Assembly (NCBI RefSeq): GCF_039654945.1
Contig: NW_027361784.1
Span: forward strand, 42,470,001 to 42,534,000
DNA from: Dendrobates tinctorius
Taxonomy: Eukaryota
Reading direction: 5' to 3'
Length of the DNA: 64,000 nt
The notes under the pieces were generated by a model. The model saw only the letters and a list, made by a program, of their open reading frames with translations. It was not told the DNA's origin and made no database searches. Positions within the stretch are counted from its first letter, which is position 1. The number at the start of each line of letters is the position of its first letter. Below are positions 1 through 12,779 of this stretch, piece by piece. The translations under genes and the position numbers were made by a program.

Positions 1-3000
1 CGGCAATGTCTCCTGCTTTGTCTACATTCCCACTACTTGTAGTGGAAATGTGGACAGAGCAGGAGACATTGCCTGACTCACCTCTAGGGAGAAGCTGCTG
101 TTACAGAACCCCAGTAACACCGGAACAAGTGTGGGTTGTGCAGACGGCATTTCAGAGCAGCAACTGGCGTGGTTGGAAGCCAGAGGAAATACTCAAAACA
201 GAGTGAAGACAGAGGCCTAATTGGAGTACGTTGACAGTTAGTAGTAGTCTAGAAACAATCGCAAACTGCCACCAAGTAGGCCTCGGCCTACTACCTGATT
301 TTCTCTGGGCTCCGACACCGCCAGTTGGGCTCAGAAGTGCTGTCCGCACAGACAAAACACTCGCTCATGTGTAAGTGGGGTTCGGTAACGTCAGCTGATC
401 CCCTGCTGTGTGTATGGCAAAGTGTCCTGCTCCCTCCACAGTCAAACAACCTCAGATTTACACCTGGCTCCAAGTAGGCCTCGGCCTACTACCTGATTTT
501 CCCTGGGCTCCGACACCGTCGGTTGGTGCTCAGAAGTGCTGTGCGCACAGACAAAACACTCGCTCATGTGTAAGTGGGGTTCGGTAACGTCAGCTGATCC
601 CCTGCTGTGTGTACGGCAAACTCTCCTGCTGCCTACAACTTCTGACTACCTCTGATTTAATATGTTCTCTGATTTGCCCTCTGTCTCCACTCTGTTTTGA
701 GTATTTCCTCCGGCCTACAACACCGCCTGTTTCTGCTCTCAAGTGCCGTCTGCACAATCCACACTTGTTCCTGTGTTACCTGGGTCATGTAACATCTGCT
801 CATCTCCAGAGGTGAGCACGGCAATGTCTCCTGCTTTGTCTACATTCCCACTACTTGTAGTGGAAATGTGGACAGAGCAGGAGACATTGCCTGACTCACC
901 TCTAGGGAGAAGCTGCTGTTACAGAACCCCAGTAACACTGGAACAAGTGTGGGTTGTGCAGACGGCATTTCAGAGCAGCAACTGGCGTGGTTGGAAGCCA
1001 GAGGAAATACTCGAAACAGAGTGAAGACAGAGGCCTAATTGGAGTACGTTGACAGTTAGTAGTAGTCTAGAAACAATCGCAAACTGCCACCAAGTAGGCC
1101 TCGGCCTTCACCCTGATTTTCCCTGGGCTCCGACACCGCTAGTTGGGCTCAAAAGTGCTGTCCGCACAGAAAAACACACTTGTTCATGTGAAAGTGGGGG
1201 TCAGTAACGTCAGCTGATCCCCTGCTGTGTGGAGGGCAAACTGCTGCTGCCTCCAAATTCAAACAACGTCTGATCTTAAATTGCCTCCAAGCTGGCCTCA
1301 GCCTACAAAATGACTATCCCTGGGCTCCAACATCGTCAGTTGTTGCTCGGAAGTGCTGTCCACACAGAAAAACACACTTGTTCATGTGAAAGTGGGGGTC
1401 AGTAACGTCAGCTGATCCCCTGCTGTGTGGAGGGCAAACTGCTGCTGCCTCCAAATTCAAAATACCACAGCTTTACACCTGGCTCCTAGTAGGCCTCGGC
1501 CTGCACCCTGATTGTCCCTGGGCTCCAACAACGCTAGTTGGTGCTCGGAAGTGCTGTCCACACAGAAAAACACACTTGTTCATGTGAAAGTGGGGGTCAG
1601 TAACGTCAGCTGATCCCCTGCTGTGTGGAGGGCAAACTGCTGCTGCCTCCAAATTCAAAATACCACAGCTTTACACCTGGCTCCTAGTAGGCCTCGGTAT
1701 GCACCCTGATTGTCCCTTGGCTCCAACAACGCTATTTGGTGCTCGGAAGTGCTGTCCACTCAGAAAAACACACTTCTTCATGTGAAAGTGGGGGTCAGTA
1801 ACGTCAGCTGATCCCCTGCAGTGTGGAGGGCAAACTGCTGCTGCCTCCAAATTCAAAATACCACAGCTTTACACCTGGCTCCAAGTAGGCCTCGGCCTGC
1901 ACCCTGATTGTCCCTGGGCTCCAACAACGCTAGTTGGTGCTCGTAAGTGCTGTCCACACAGAAAAACACACTTGTTCATGTGAAAGTGGGGTTCGGTAAC
2001 GTCAGCTGATCCCCTGCTGTGTGGAGGGCAAACTGCTGCTGCCTCCAAATTCAAACAACGTCTGATCTTAAATTGCCTCCAAGTAGGCCTCAGCCTACAA
2101 AATGACTATCCCTGGGCTCCAACATCGTCAGTTGTTGCTCGGAAGTGCTGTCCACACAGAAAAAAACACTCGTTCATGTGAAAGTGGGGTTCGGTAACGT
2201 CAGCTGATCCCCTGCTGTGTGGAGGGCAAACTGCTGCTGCCTCCAAATTGTAACTACTTCAGATTTAAACATTCTCTGATTTGGCCTCTGCCTCCACTCT
2301 GTCTCTAGTATTTCCCCTGACCTCCAACACCGCCAGTTCCTGATCACAGTTGCCGTCCACGCATTCCACACGTGTTCCTGTGTTACTGGGGTTCTGTAAC
2401 GTCAGCAGATCCCCCAATATGTGTCCGCCACTGTCTCCTGCGCTGTCCACTTTCCCACTGCAAGCAGTGGGAACGTGGACAGAGCAGGAGACAGTGGCAG
2501 ACACACATCAGGGGATCTGCTGACATTACAGAACCCCAGTAACCCAGGAACACGTGTGGATTGGGCAGACGGCTGCTGTACGCATAAACTGGCGGTGTTG
2601 GTGGTCACGTGAAATCCTGGAAACAGAGTGGAGACAGATGCCTAATTGGAGCACGTTGACAGTCTGTTGTAGCCTACAAACAATCTAAAACTGCCACCAA
2701 GTAGGCCTCGGCCTACACCATAATTCTCCCTGGGCTCCAACAACGCTAGTTGGTGCTCGTAAGTGCTGTCCACACAGAAAAACACACTTGTTCATGTGAA
2801 AGTGGGGGTCGGTAACGTCAGCTGATCCCCTGCTGTGTGGAGGGCAAACTGCTGCTGCCTCCAAATTCAAACAACGTCTGATCTTAAATTGCCTCCAAGT
2901 AGGCCTCAGCCTACAAAATGACTGTCCCTGGGCTCCAATATCGTCAGTTGTTGCTCGGAAGTGCTGTCCACACAGAAAAAAACACTTGTTCATGTGAATG

Positions 3001-3735
3001 TGGGGGTCGGTAACGTCGGCTGATCCCCTGCTGTGTGTATGGCAAAGTGTCCTGCTCCCTCCAAAGTCAAAATACCTCAACTTTACACCTGGCTCCTAGT
3101 AGGCCTCGGCCTACACCATGATTGTAACTGGGCTCCAACAACACCAGTTGGTGCTCGGAAGTGCTGTCCACACAGAAAAACACACTCGTTCATGTGAAAG
3201 TGGGGTTCGGTAACGTCAGCTGATCCCCTGCTGTGTGGAGGGCAAACTGCTGCTGCCTCCAAATTGTAACTACTTCAGATTTAAACATTCTCTGATTTAC
3301 CCTCTGTCTCCACTCTGTCTCTAGTATTTCCCCTGACCTCCAACACCGCCAGTTCCTGCTCACAGTTGCCGTCCACGCATTCCACACGTGTTCCTTTGTT
3401 ACTGGGGTTCTGTAACGTCAGCAGATCCCCCAATATGTGTCCGTCACTGTCTCCTGCGCTGTCCACCTTTCCACTGCAAGCGGTGGGAATGTGGACAGAG
3501 CAGGAGACAGTGGCAGACACACATCAGGGGATCTGCTGACATTACAGAACCCCAGTAACCCAGGAACACATGTGGATTGGGCAGACGGCTGCTGTACGCA
3601 TAAACTGGCGGTGTTGGTGGTCACGTGAAATCCTGGAAACAGAGTGGAGACAGATGCCTAATTGGAGCACGTTGACAGTCTGTTGTAGCCTACAAACAAT
3701 CTAAAACTACCACCAAGTAGGCCTCGGCCTACACC
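1..3735 (+). repeat. Internal ~180-198-bp satellite units interleaved with hairpin modules (copy 1)
   Basis: Core GGGGT(T)C(A/G)GTAACGTCAGCTGATCCCCTGCTGTG recurs. 198-bp period at 1473/1671/1869; larger duplications with 818-bp (1 vs 819) and 1016-bp (2174 vs 3190) periods; inverted-repeat centres near 38, 856, 2462 and 3479. Confidence 0.9.
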
Positions 3736-5045
3736 ATGATTGTCCCTGGGCTCCAACAACGCCAGTTGGTGCTCGGCAGTGTCTTTGGCACGGGGACTCC
3801 CTGTTGCCCAGCCTGGTTCCAGCACGCCTGCTGTTTCCGGGTAGTGTCAAGGTCACTATGCCACCAATCCGTTGTCCTGTCATCTTGCGGCCGGGTTAGC
3901 CGACTCTACGGTGCCTGCAGTTTAGGTGTCTCCTATGTGGGCTGCGGGAACTGGCACTGAAGGCTGGATCCGTAGTGCCAATGGGACATGGACCCCCTGT
4001 AGGACTGTGGGTTTTGGTAACTGCGGCCGGCTTGCGGCCTGGCTACTTTGCTTTGAATGGGTACCTTCTGCTACCCACCCGGGTTCCAGCACTGTCTGCT
4101 GGTTCTCGCCAGAGCCTTTGGCCTAGGTGCCTCCATCTCGGTATCTGAAGTCCAGCACCGTCAGCTGGTCCTTGGTAGTGCTTTTTAGCACAGGTACCTT
4201 CTGCTTAGTAACCATGGTCCAGCACCGTCAGTTGGTCCTCGGTAGTGCCATTGGCTCTTGTAGCTTTTGCTACCCATCTGGGTTCCAGCACCGTCAGCTG
4301 CTTCTCGGCAGTGTCTTTGGCACGGGTACTCCCTGTTGCCCAGCCTGTTTTCAGCACGTCTGCTGTTTCCGGGTAGTGTCAAGGTCACTATGCCACCAAT
4401 CCGTTGTCCTGTCGTCTTGCGGCCGGGTTAGCCGACTCTACGGTGCCTGCAGTTTAGGTGACTCCTATGTGGGCTGTGGGAACTGGCACTGAAGGCTGGA
4501 TCTGTAGTGCCAATGGGACATGGACCCCCTGTAGGACTGTGGGTTTTGGTAACTGCGGCCGGCTTGCGGCCTGGCTACTTTGCTTTGAATGGGTACCTTC
4601 TGCTACCCATCCGGGTGCCAGCACTGTCTGCTGGTTCTCGCCACAGCCTTTGGCCTAGGTGCCTCCATCTCGGTATCCGAGGTCCAGCACCGTTAGCTGG
4701 TCCTTGGTAGTGCTTTTTAGCACAGGTACCTTCTGCTTAGTAACCGTGGTCCAGCACCGTCAGTTGGTCCTCGGTAGTGCCATTGGCTCTTGTTCCTTCT
4801 GCTACCCATCCGGGTGCCAGCACTGTCTGCTGGTTCTCGCCACAGCCTTTGGCCTAGGTGCCTCCATCTCGGTATCCGAGGTCCAGCACCGTCAGCTGGT
4901 CCTTGGTAGTGCTTTTTAGCACAGGTACCTTCTGCTTAGTAACCGTGGTCCAGCACCGTCAGTTGGTCCTCGGTAGTGCCATTGGCTCTTGTTCCTTCTG
5001 CTACCCATCCGGGTGCCAGCACTGTCTACTGGTTCTCGCCAGTTT
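3736..5045 (+). repeat. ~66-bp monomer higher-order array (532-bp and 199-bp periods) in copy 1
   Basis: Core TCCAGCACCGTCAG(C/T)TGGT every ~66 bp; 3926 vs 4458 = 532 bp; 4659 vs 4858 = 199 bp. Confidence 0.88.
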
Positions 5046-6004
5046 CTCAGCCTTCTTGTACCTTCTGCTACATTTCCAAGATCAAGCTTTTTGAAATTGT
5101 CTTTGGTAATCCTTATTGATCTCCATGACGACAACCCTGATGACGACGACCCTGAAAACCACACCAAAGAAGACCAGAAATATGACCCTAAATAATAAGA
5201 CCAAGAGGACAAAGAACATGAAGACAACCACCAAGATACAGAACAAAAGACAGAAGAACAAGAAGCAGAAGAAGCAAAAGCAGAAGAACAGAAAGCAGAA
5301 GAACATTAAGCATAAGACTAAAAATCAGCATAGAAGAAATCAAAATTATAAGCAGAAGAAGACTAAGCAGTAAATGGGGGTGAGTCCTTTCCTCCTCGTG
5401 GTGCCCCTGGAAAATGCCTGCTGCTGCAGGCCAAACTGAACGCGGACAAATCCTGTTGTAAATCTGTTGTGACAGGCAGAACGTAAGGTGTAATCTTATA
5501 ACTTTTATAGATAAGTACTACAGGAATGCCTGTCACCATAAGAAAATTAAGACAAAGAAGAATAGGAAGAAGATGAAGAAATAGCATATTAAAATTAATA
5601 ATAGCTGAATAAGAAGAATATGAAGAATGGAAAAAAAAATTAATGGGAAGAAGATGAAGAAGAAGAAGATGAATAAGGTGAAGAAAAAGTTGATGAAAAA
5701 AATGCAACTGCTGCGGATCATGAAGGAGAAAGTGTGGGAGAAGTACAAAAGAAGGTGAAGAGCATGGAAGTTGTGAAACATACAGTACATATCTGACAAA
5801 ATATATAAAAGGTTAACATAGTCAATATCTTTTTAACTCCGAACGTATTGAAAAAAAAAATTGGAATTAATGCTATGCCATGTGATTTGAATAAACCACT
5901 ATACTTTTAATGTCTCCTCCACCTCCCACAATACATTCTACATGATTCTTATTTGTTTTCAATTATGTAGAATTAGCCAACAAGGAAATAAAGGGCTTTT
6001 TTTA

Positions 6005-6140
6005 ATTCCGATACCGGAAGTCCCATTGACTTGAATGGGACTTCCGGTATCGGAATCGGCGATACCCGATATTTTTTTCGTATCGGGCGATACCATCCGA
6101 TACGATATTTTTGGGTATCGAACGGTATCGCTCAACACTA
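6005..6140 (+). repeat. 3' subterminal CCGATA/TATCGG motif cluster with a 23-bp-arm palindrome and TIR
   Basis: ATTCCGATACCGGAAGTCCCATT-gacttg-AATGGGACTTCCGGTATCGGAAT (6005-6056), followed by repeated CGATA/TATCG motifs up to the TIR. Such clusters are typical hAT transposase-binding subtermini. Confidence 0.8.
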
Positions 6141-7551
6141 GCGGTCACACTATAGAGCTCTGTACTGTAAGAGCGGTCACACTATACAGCTCTGTACTGT
6201 AAGAGCGGTCACATTAAAGAGCTCTGTACTGTAAGAGCTGTCACACTATCGAGCTCTGTACTGTAAGAACGGTCACACTATCGAGCTCTGTACTGTAAGA
6301 GCAGTCACACTATAGAGCTCAGTACTGTAAGAGCGGTCACACTATAGAGCCCTGTACTGTAAGAGCGGTCACACTATAGAGCTCTGTACTGTAACAGCAG
6401 TCACACTATAGAGCTTTGTACAGTAAGAGCAGTCACATTCTAGAGCTCTGTACTATAACACTGGTCAGTGGTCACACTATAGAGCTCTGTACTGTAAGAG
6501 AGGTCACACTATAGAGCTCTGTACTGTAAGAGTGGTCACACTATAGAGCTCTGTACTGTAAGAGTGGTTAAACAATAGAGGTCTCTACTGTAAGAACGGC
6601 CACAATATAGAGCTCTTTACTGTAAGAGCGGTCACACTATAGAGCTCTGTACTGTAAGAGCGGTCACACTATAGAGCTCTGTACTGTAACAGCAGTCACA
6701 CTATAGAGCTTTGTACAGTAAGAACGGTCACATTCTAGAGCTCTGTACTATAACACTGGTCAGTGGTCACACTATAGAGCTCTGTACTGTAAGAGAGGTC
6801 ACACTATAGAGCTCTGTACTGTAAGAGTGGTCACACTATGGAGCTCTGTACTGTAAGAGCGGTCACACTATAGAGCTCTGTACTGTAAGAGCGGTCACAC
6901 TATAGAGCTCTATACTGTAAGACCGGTCACACTATAGAGCTCTGTACTGTAAGAGCGGTCACACTATAGAGCTCTGTACTGTAAGAGCGGTCACACTATA
7001 GACCTCTGTACTGTAAGAGCGGTCACACTATAGACCTCTGTACTGTAAGAGCGGTCACACTATAGAGCTCTGTACTGTAAGAGCGGTCACACTATAGAGC
7101 TCTGTACTGTAACAGCAGTCACACTATAGAGCTTTGTACAGTAAGAACGGTCACATTCTAGAGCTCTGTACTATAACACTGGTCAGTGTTCACACTATAG
7201 AGCTCTGTACTGTAAGAGCGGTCACACTATAGAGCTCTGTACTGTAAGAGTGGTCACACTATGGAGCTCTGTACTGTAAGAGCGGTCACACTATGGAGCT
7301 CTGTACTGTAAGAGCGGTCACACTGTAGAGCTCAGTACTGTAAGAGCGGTCACACTATAGAGCTCAGTACTGTAAGAGCGGTCACACTATAGAGCTCTGT
7401 ACTGTAAGAGCGGTCACACTATGGAGCTCTGTACTGTAAGACCGGTCACACTATAGAGCTCTGTACTGTAAGAGTGGTCACACTATAGAGCTCTGTACTG
7501 TAAGAGCGGTCACACTATAGAGCTCTGTACTGTAAGACCGGTCACACTATG
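6141..7551. repeat. 32-bp minisatellite (GCGGTCACACTATAGAGCTCTGTACTGTAAGA)n, ~44 units
   Basis: Directly visible tandem repeat. A variant block (AACAGCAGTCAC...CACATTCTAG...ACACTGGTCAG) recurs at ~6392, ~6688 and ~7111. Confidence 0.97.
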
Positions 7552-8234
7552 GATTACTCTACATTAGGAGCAGTTATACTATGGCTTTTTCTATATATAT
7601 TGTATATATTTTTACATCTCACCACTGGAAAACCTAAAATCCTCTTTGTATTCTGCATTTGTCATTGCTGTAAATTGAGATTTAAATGATGAAATTTTCG
7701 CTATAAATATTGTACAGATAGAAAGCAATAAAGAACAACAATCAACTAAGATATTTTGCGACAGAATTGTTAGTGCTTGTATCTGTGTCACTAACAATCT
7801 GAAACCATTATGCATGACAATATAATAGGTGGAAACCACAGTAAAATCATTTCCCTGTGACATTTGCATATTGCCATGTCAATGCATAATGCCAGGAACA
7901 TTGCTTAAAAAAATGTCCGTCAAGGGATTTACAATTCAACATTTAAGGATACGAGCTGAAGCTTAAATTGGACAAGTGTTGAAAAATAACGTCGGAGACT
8001 TATAGGCTTCTCCATCTATCTGGATACAAATGCCGACATTTAGAAGAATTAGCCGCAGATGTAAAAGAACCTTTGAACAGAAAATACTTATTTTTTTTTT
8101 GCAAGCAGAGTTTTATTTTTTCATATTTTTTTTAAATTTCAATACCCAGCAGAATTCCCAATTATTTAACTGTCAGGTGCCATTACTTTCCTTATCTGAT
8201 AGTTTATTCGGTTTACAGGCACAATTTAGCCTTA

Positions 8235-8580
8235 ATGCCCCTTCTCACATAGCGAGATCGCTGATGCATCACCGATTTTGCAACAGTGATCTTGTCACTG
8301 ATCTCGCTACATGTGTCACATAGCGGCAACTGCTCCCCCCCCGCTGGATGTCGCTGATTGTGCTGGAATGTCGTTGGCCATTTTTTCATCGTCGGTGTCC
8401 CACTGGCCAGCATTCATCGCTGTGTTTAACTCTGACAAGCGACCTCGTTGGCGACGCAGAACTCAGAGACGCAGGCTGGAATCGTGCAGAATAGCTGCTG
8501 TGTGACAACACACCAGCGATCCTTACCAGGTCGTATCGATGTCGGGATCGCTGGCGCGTCGCTATGTGAAGCGGAACCCT
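8235..8580. mobile_element. Non-autonomous DNA transposon/MITE (PIF-Harbinger- or Kolobok-like), same family as 49051-49816
   Basis: Inverted termini CACATAGCGA.../...TCGCTATGTG with TTA(A) flanks; internal similarity to 49051-49816. Confidence 0.6.
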
Positions 8581-8800
8581 TAGTCTCAATTCATTCAATA
8601 CTTAAAACAGCTGCACAGAACTTATGAGGAACCTGTCAGGTCTTTCGTGCTGCCTTACCGCGGGCAGCAAGAATCACAGCCAGGCATATTATTCTCTCAA
8701 ATGTGCCCCTGATCCAGCAACCTTACAGGAGTCTCCCTTAGCAGTGCTGGGAATGAAGGAACTCTGCATTATTTGCGGGGGGCCACTGACTGGGCAACTT

Positions 8801-9380
8801 TGTTGAGCTGGCGGTTCTTTCCTCCTCATTTTTTGCCTGGCGGGAATATGACAGGTTAATAGTTCCCCTTACCTGAAAGAGAAGTTGTTCGTCATTGGTC
8901 CTGGATGCTGCGTCCGGTTCTATGGGCTGGCCCAGTGGGGGTATAAATTGTGGAGCCGGATGTACTCCAGCCTCTTTGACCCGGGACTCAGGAGCGGCCC
9001 ACCCTCCATCCCTATTGTATGAATTATTTGATGGATATGTTGTGTGTTTTTTCCGTTTCAGTAAAGGTTGAAAGTCGCAGCATTGGCGGAAGAGCAAGAC
9101 TGGGTAACATGTGCCCGGAGTCCGGTGACATATCCCCACAATCTTCCGAGGGTTAATGTGAGAGCTGTGACCATACACCTCCAACAATGGGTGTTATTTA
9201 AAAGATGAGAGTTGTTGAGAAAATGAAGATTACTCTCCAATAAAAGATGTTTATCTTGTGGATTGTTGTGAATGTGTGTTTTTTCTACGCGCCGGGTAAG
9301 AATGGGAGGAGGAGGTGTTCTAAGGTTTGGACAGTCAAGCTGGTCAGGGAGCAGCACTAGACGAGTCCTGTCTTGTCACA
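8801..9380 (+). mobile_element. Possible solo LTR
   Basis: TGT...TGTCACA boundaries, TATAAA at ~8942 and AATAAA at ~9239. No clean TSD seen. Confidence 0.3.
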
Positions 9381-10695
9381 TCTGTGTCTGCCCTGATCAC
9401 TAGGAAGCACAGCACTAATGCTCCAGTCACTGCTTGATATCTGCAGCGTATGGTAGTTTAGCTTTAGGATTGCTAAGAATTTTTGTCTCTTTCCTTTTCA
9501 CCTGTGTTTTTAAGCTGGTAGTGTACTTAACTCTCTGCTGAGAGTTGTATGTGGGGCTCCCTTCTAAAGAAAAATCAGCAGGATGTCTCTGCTTCCAGTT
9601 GTTTAGTTCAACTAGACATTGTACCTGTTGTACTACTTTGCATATTTTGTTTTCTGACCTCAGCTTGCATTTTGACTGCCTGCTGCTTGCTGCCAACTTG
9701 ATCCACCGGCCAGCAGCTGACTCTGTGTCCCCTGCCCAGGGGCCCTTGTGTAAGTCCAGATGTCTGGGCAGGAATTAAAAGGTGAAGGCCAAGGCAATCC
9801 GTGGCATCTGGTAAATGAAGTGGATTCCACTATTGCTGTCGATACAAGCCCTATTACCAGCTGGCAGGTTTCTATGAACAGTGCACCAATGACATGTCTC
9901 CAGCTATTGTCCCTGATGGGATCTTCAATGTGTACGTTCTATGAAATGCCTTTACATTTTAGAGAATAATATACCTGGCTGTAGCCATGCAGCTATTCCG
10001 CCATATTTGCTGTCCACTGTTAGGCAGTATGAATCACCTAAGCTCCCAGTGGTGACGTGGTGGGGCAGGGGTTGGATCAGGAGGCACTGCAGCCGACCTC
10101 TGACACGACAATATCACATGAGCCATTGGAGCAGTTCTGCACAAGATGAGTATTCACTGATTTTATTTCAAATGGGCCCTCCATTAGCAGATATCCCCTT
10201 TAAAAGACCTTACAAAGTAAAGTAAGACATATCTGGATCTTTTAGCTCTCTTTACTCAAAGATTACCCAGTATGGCATCATATGGAGCACGCAAAATGAA
10301 CAGGATGATTTGCAAAAAGCACTCTGAGTCAACATTTTAATACTGTTTTATTCTTAGCCAAAGCAGTCTAAAAATGCTACAAATTATCAAAGTGGTTCTC
10401 ACTGAATGATAAATTCAACATATTTTCAGACCATCTAATCCAGGAATTTGCACCTCAATTTTGGTGCACAGTGTTGGACGCTAGGTCTTGAATCTTTGGC
10501 GGACATGTACCAAAACGTGTCTGAAGCACATTCTAAATTTGGTGTAAGTTGTAAAAGACCACTTTTTGGCAAAAATTGAGCTAGAATTCTGGAGCACTTA
10601 GCTTGACCAATATGAACTTTTGGGGCCAATGAATGTAAACCGACATTTTACTGTGTACTTTCCTGATGCAGAGTCTTAGTGTCTTCTAGAATAAG

Positions 10696-10957
10696 ATTAT
10701 TATTATTATTATTATGCATTTATATAGCGCCATTTATTCCATGGTGCTTTACATGTGAAAAGGGGAAATATAGACAAGTATAATAAACATGTGTAAGACA
10801 AGGGACACACAAGTACATAAGGAGAGGTGACCCTGCCCGCGAGGGCTCACAGTCTACAGGGATGGGTGAGGATGCAGTAGGAGAGGGTAGAGCAGGTCGT
10901 GCGGTGGTTCAGTAGACCGAGGATCATTGCAGGCTGTAGGCTTGTCGGAACAGGTGC
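10696..10957 (-). mobile_element. L2 LINE 3'-end fragment
   Basis: (ATT)n tail plus TTTATATAGCGCC...GCTTTACA L2-type 3' end; near-identical to the start of 11831-12428. Confidence 0.8.
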
Positions 10958-11829
10958 TCCAAACTCTTTAATAGTCTTTTGGCTCTTAACAAATGTTTCA
11001 CATATTTCATCTTTCATGAACTAGAGAACATTTTTGATAGAATTTAGAGCATTTATTCCAATTTCATGCAATTTTTTTGCCACAATTGCAATAGATTTAC
11101 ATCAGTTTTCTGGCAAAAAAAATGAGGAACCAGGACAGATCTTTCTTCAATTCGATGGCACATTAGATGAGTGAAGGATACATGTATCTCAATGGCTTCC
11201 TTATCAAGGCTCTGTAGATTTAGCTACTCATATTGATAAAGAAATGAAACTGTAATACTGGAATTTCCATATGTATAAAATAAAATTAAATAACAGAATT
11301 TTAAATAAATGAGGGTTCGTTATAGATTCAGTCCTGGTCCCTCCAATGCTCAATCAATGAGGACACATCTGTTGATCTTGAATGTCACCTTTGTTGATCT
11401 CTCGGAATTTTTATTTTTATAATAGGTTCACTTTAAATAAAATGTTACATTCAATGTACATGTCAATGAATTAAAAAAGGAATGAAAACTGCAACCCACG
11501 GTAAAGGTTCACCTAATTCTCTGCATGTTGAAAGCATTGATTTTTATAGTTAACCAACTAATTTAACAGAACAAGACACTGAGTCTCAACAACAAATGGT
11601 TAATTAAGTAACAAGATGCTGTTTCCTCCAGTTCAATCCCAGGAGGGCAATTAACGATTTGAGAAATTTTACAGAGTCTTAAATTAGCTGATGTGATTAC
11701 AATACAAAGTCTCTCCCATAGTGAAAGGAGAAGGCATATATATTAAGGGGAAAGCCTTGAGCAATATCAATAGTAATTATAATATTTACATACTTATTTG
11801 TGTGCTTTATAAGATTTTATGTGACTTTA

Positions 11830-11830
<1 letters not shown>

Positions 11831-11863
<33 letters not shown>

Positions 11864-12428
11864 CATTTATATATCGTCATTTATTCCATGGCGCTTTACA
11901 TGTGAAAAGGGGAAATATAGACAAGTATAATAAACATGTGTAAGACAAGGGACACACAAGTACATAAGGAGAGGGGACCCTGCCCGCGAGGGCTCACAGT
12001 CTACAGGGATGGGTGAGGATACAGTAGGAAAAGGTAGAGCAGGTTGTGCGGTGGTTCAGTAGACCGAGGATCATTGCAGGCTGTAGGATTGTCGGAACAG
12101 GTGGGTCTTCAGGTTCTTGAAGGTTTCCGTTGATGGTGAGAGTCTGATGTGTTGCGGCAGAGTTCCAGAGTATGGGGGAAGCACGGGAGAAGTCTTGTAT
12201 GCGGTTGTGGGAAGAAGAGATAAGGGGGGAAATAGAGAAGGAGATCTTGAGATGATCGAAGGTTGCGTGCAGGTAGGTACCTAGAGAACATGTCACAGAT
12301 GTATGGAGGAGACAGGTTGTGGATGGCTTTGTATGTCATAGTTAGGGTTTTGAATTGGAGCCTCTGGGCAATAGGAAGCCAGTGAAGGGCCTGGCATAGG
12401 GGGGAGGCTGGGGAATAGCCGGGAGAAA
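11831..12428 (-). mobile_element. 5'-truncated L2 LINE (ORF2 C-terminus, 3' UTR, (TAA)n tail)
   Basis: Minus strand translates LHWLPIAQRLQFKTLTMTYKAIHNLSPPYICD...RNLRSS, a typical L2 ORF2 C-terminus; (ATT)n at ~11831-11860. Confidence 0.85.
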
Positions 12429-12779
12429 GGGTTTATTTTGTTTATCTCCATATTGCTGCCTATTTTTAAAGTGTTATGAATTTAACCATTCTTAGGCCAC
12501 TTCTTTTTTATTTTCATGTCATATCTGAACTATAGCATTAATGGTTGAGGTAAGCGATTTGCTTGACACAACCAGGTCCAGTGGCAAAATCAGTAGTCCA
12601 TGGCCAACAAATTGCCTTCTACCTGCTGTCACCCTGGATGGACTTTCAGAGTACTAGACCCAGCATGTGTTTCTTCAACAATGACATCAGGTAGGAAGCA
12701 GTTCACAGGATACGGACTACAGAAGTGGCCGCTGAACCAGGGCACTGCACCTGTATTTAATCATCTCCAGCTTATGGCC

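Larger units (their letters stand above)
1..6140 (+). mobile_element. 3' part of a large hAT DNA transposon (copy 1; diverged subfamily of copies 2/3), truncated by the window start
   Basis: Ends ...GGTATCGCTCAACACTA at 6140 (reverse complement TAGTGTTGAGCGATACC, matching the copy-2 termini). 3.7-6.1 kb is collinear with the reverse complement of 22076-24500: 66-bp arrays, GAA-rich tracts, conserved island, CCGATA subterminal repeats. Confidence 0.9.

Noticed and set aside
5082-5799. K/Q/F-rich or acidic ORFs in the GAA tracts (also 22367-22819)
   Set aside because: Low-complexity artefacts; the acidic D/E frame has several stops in both copies.
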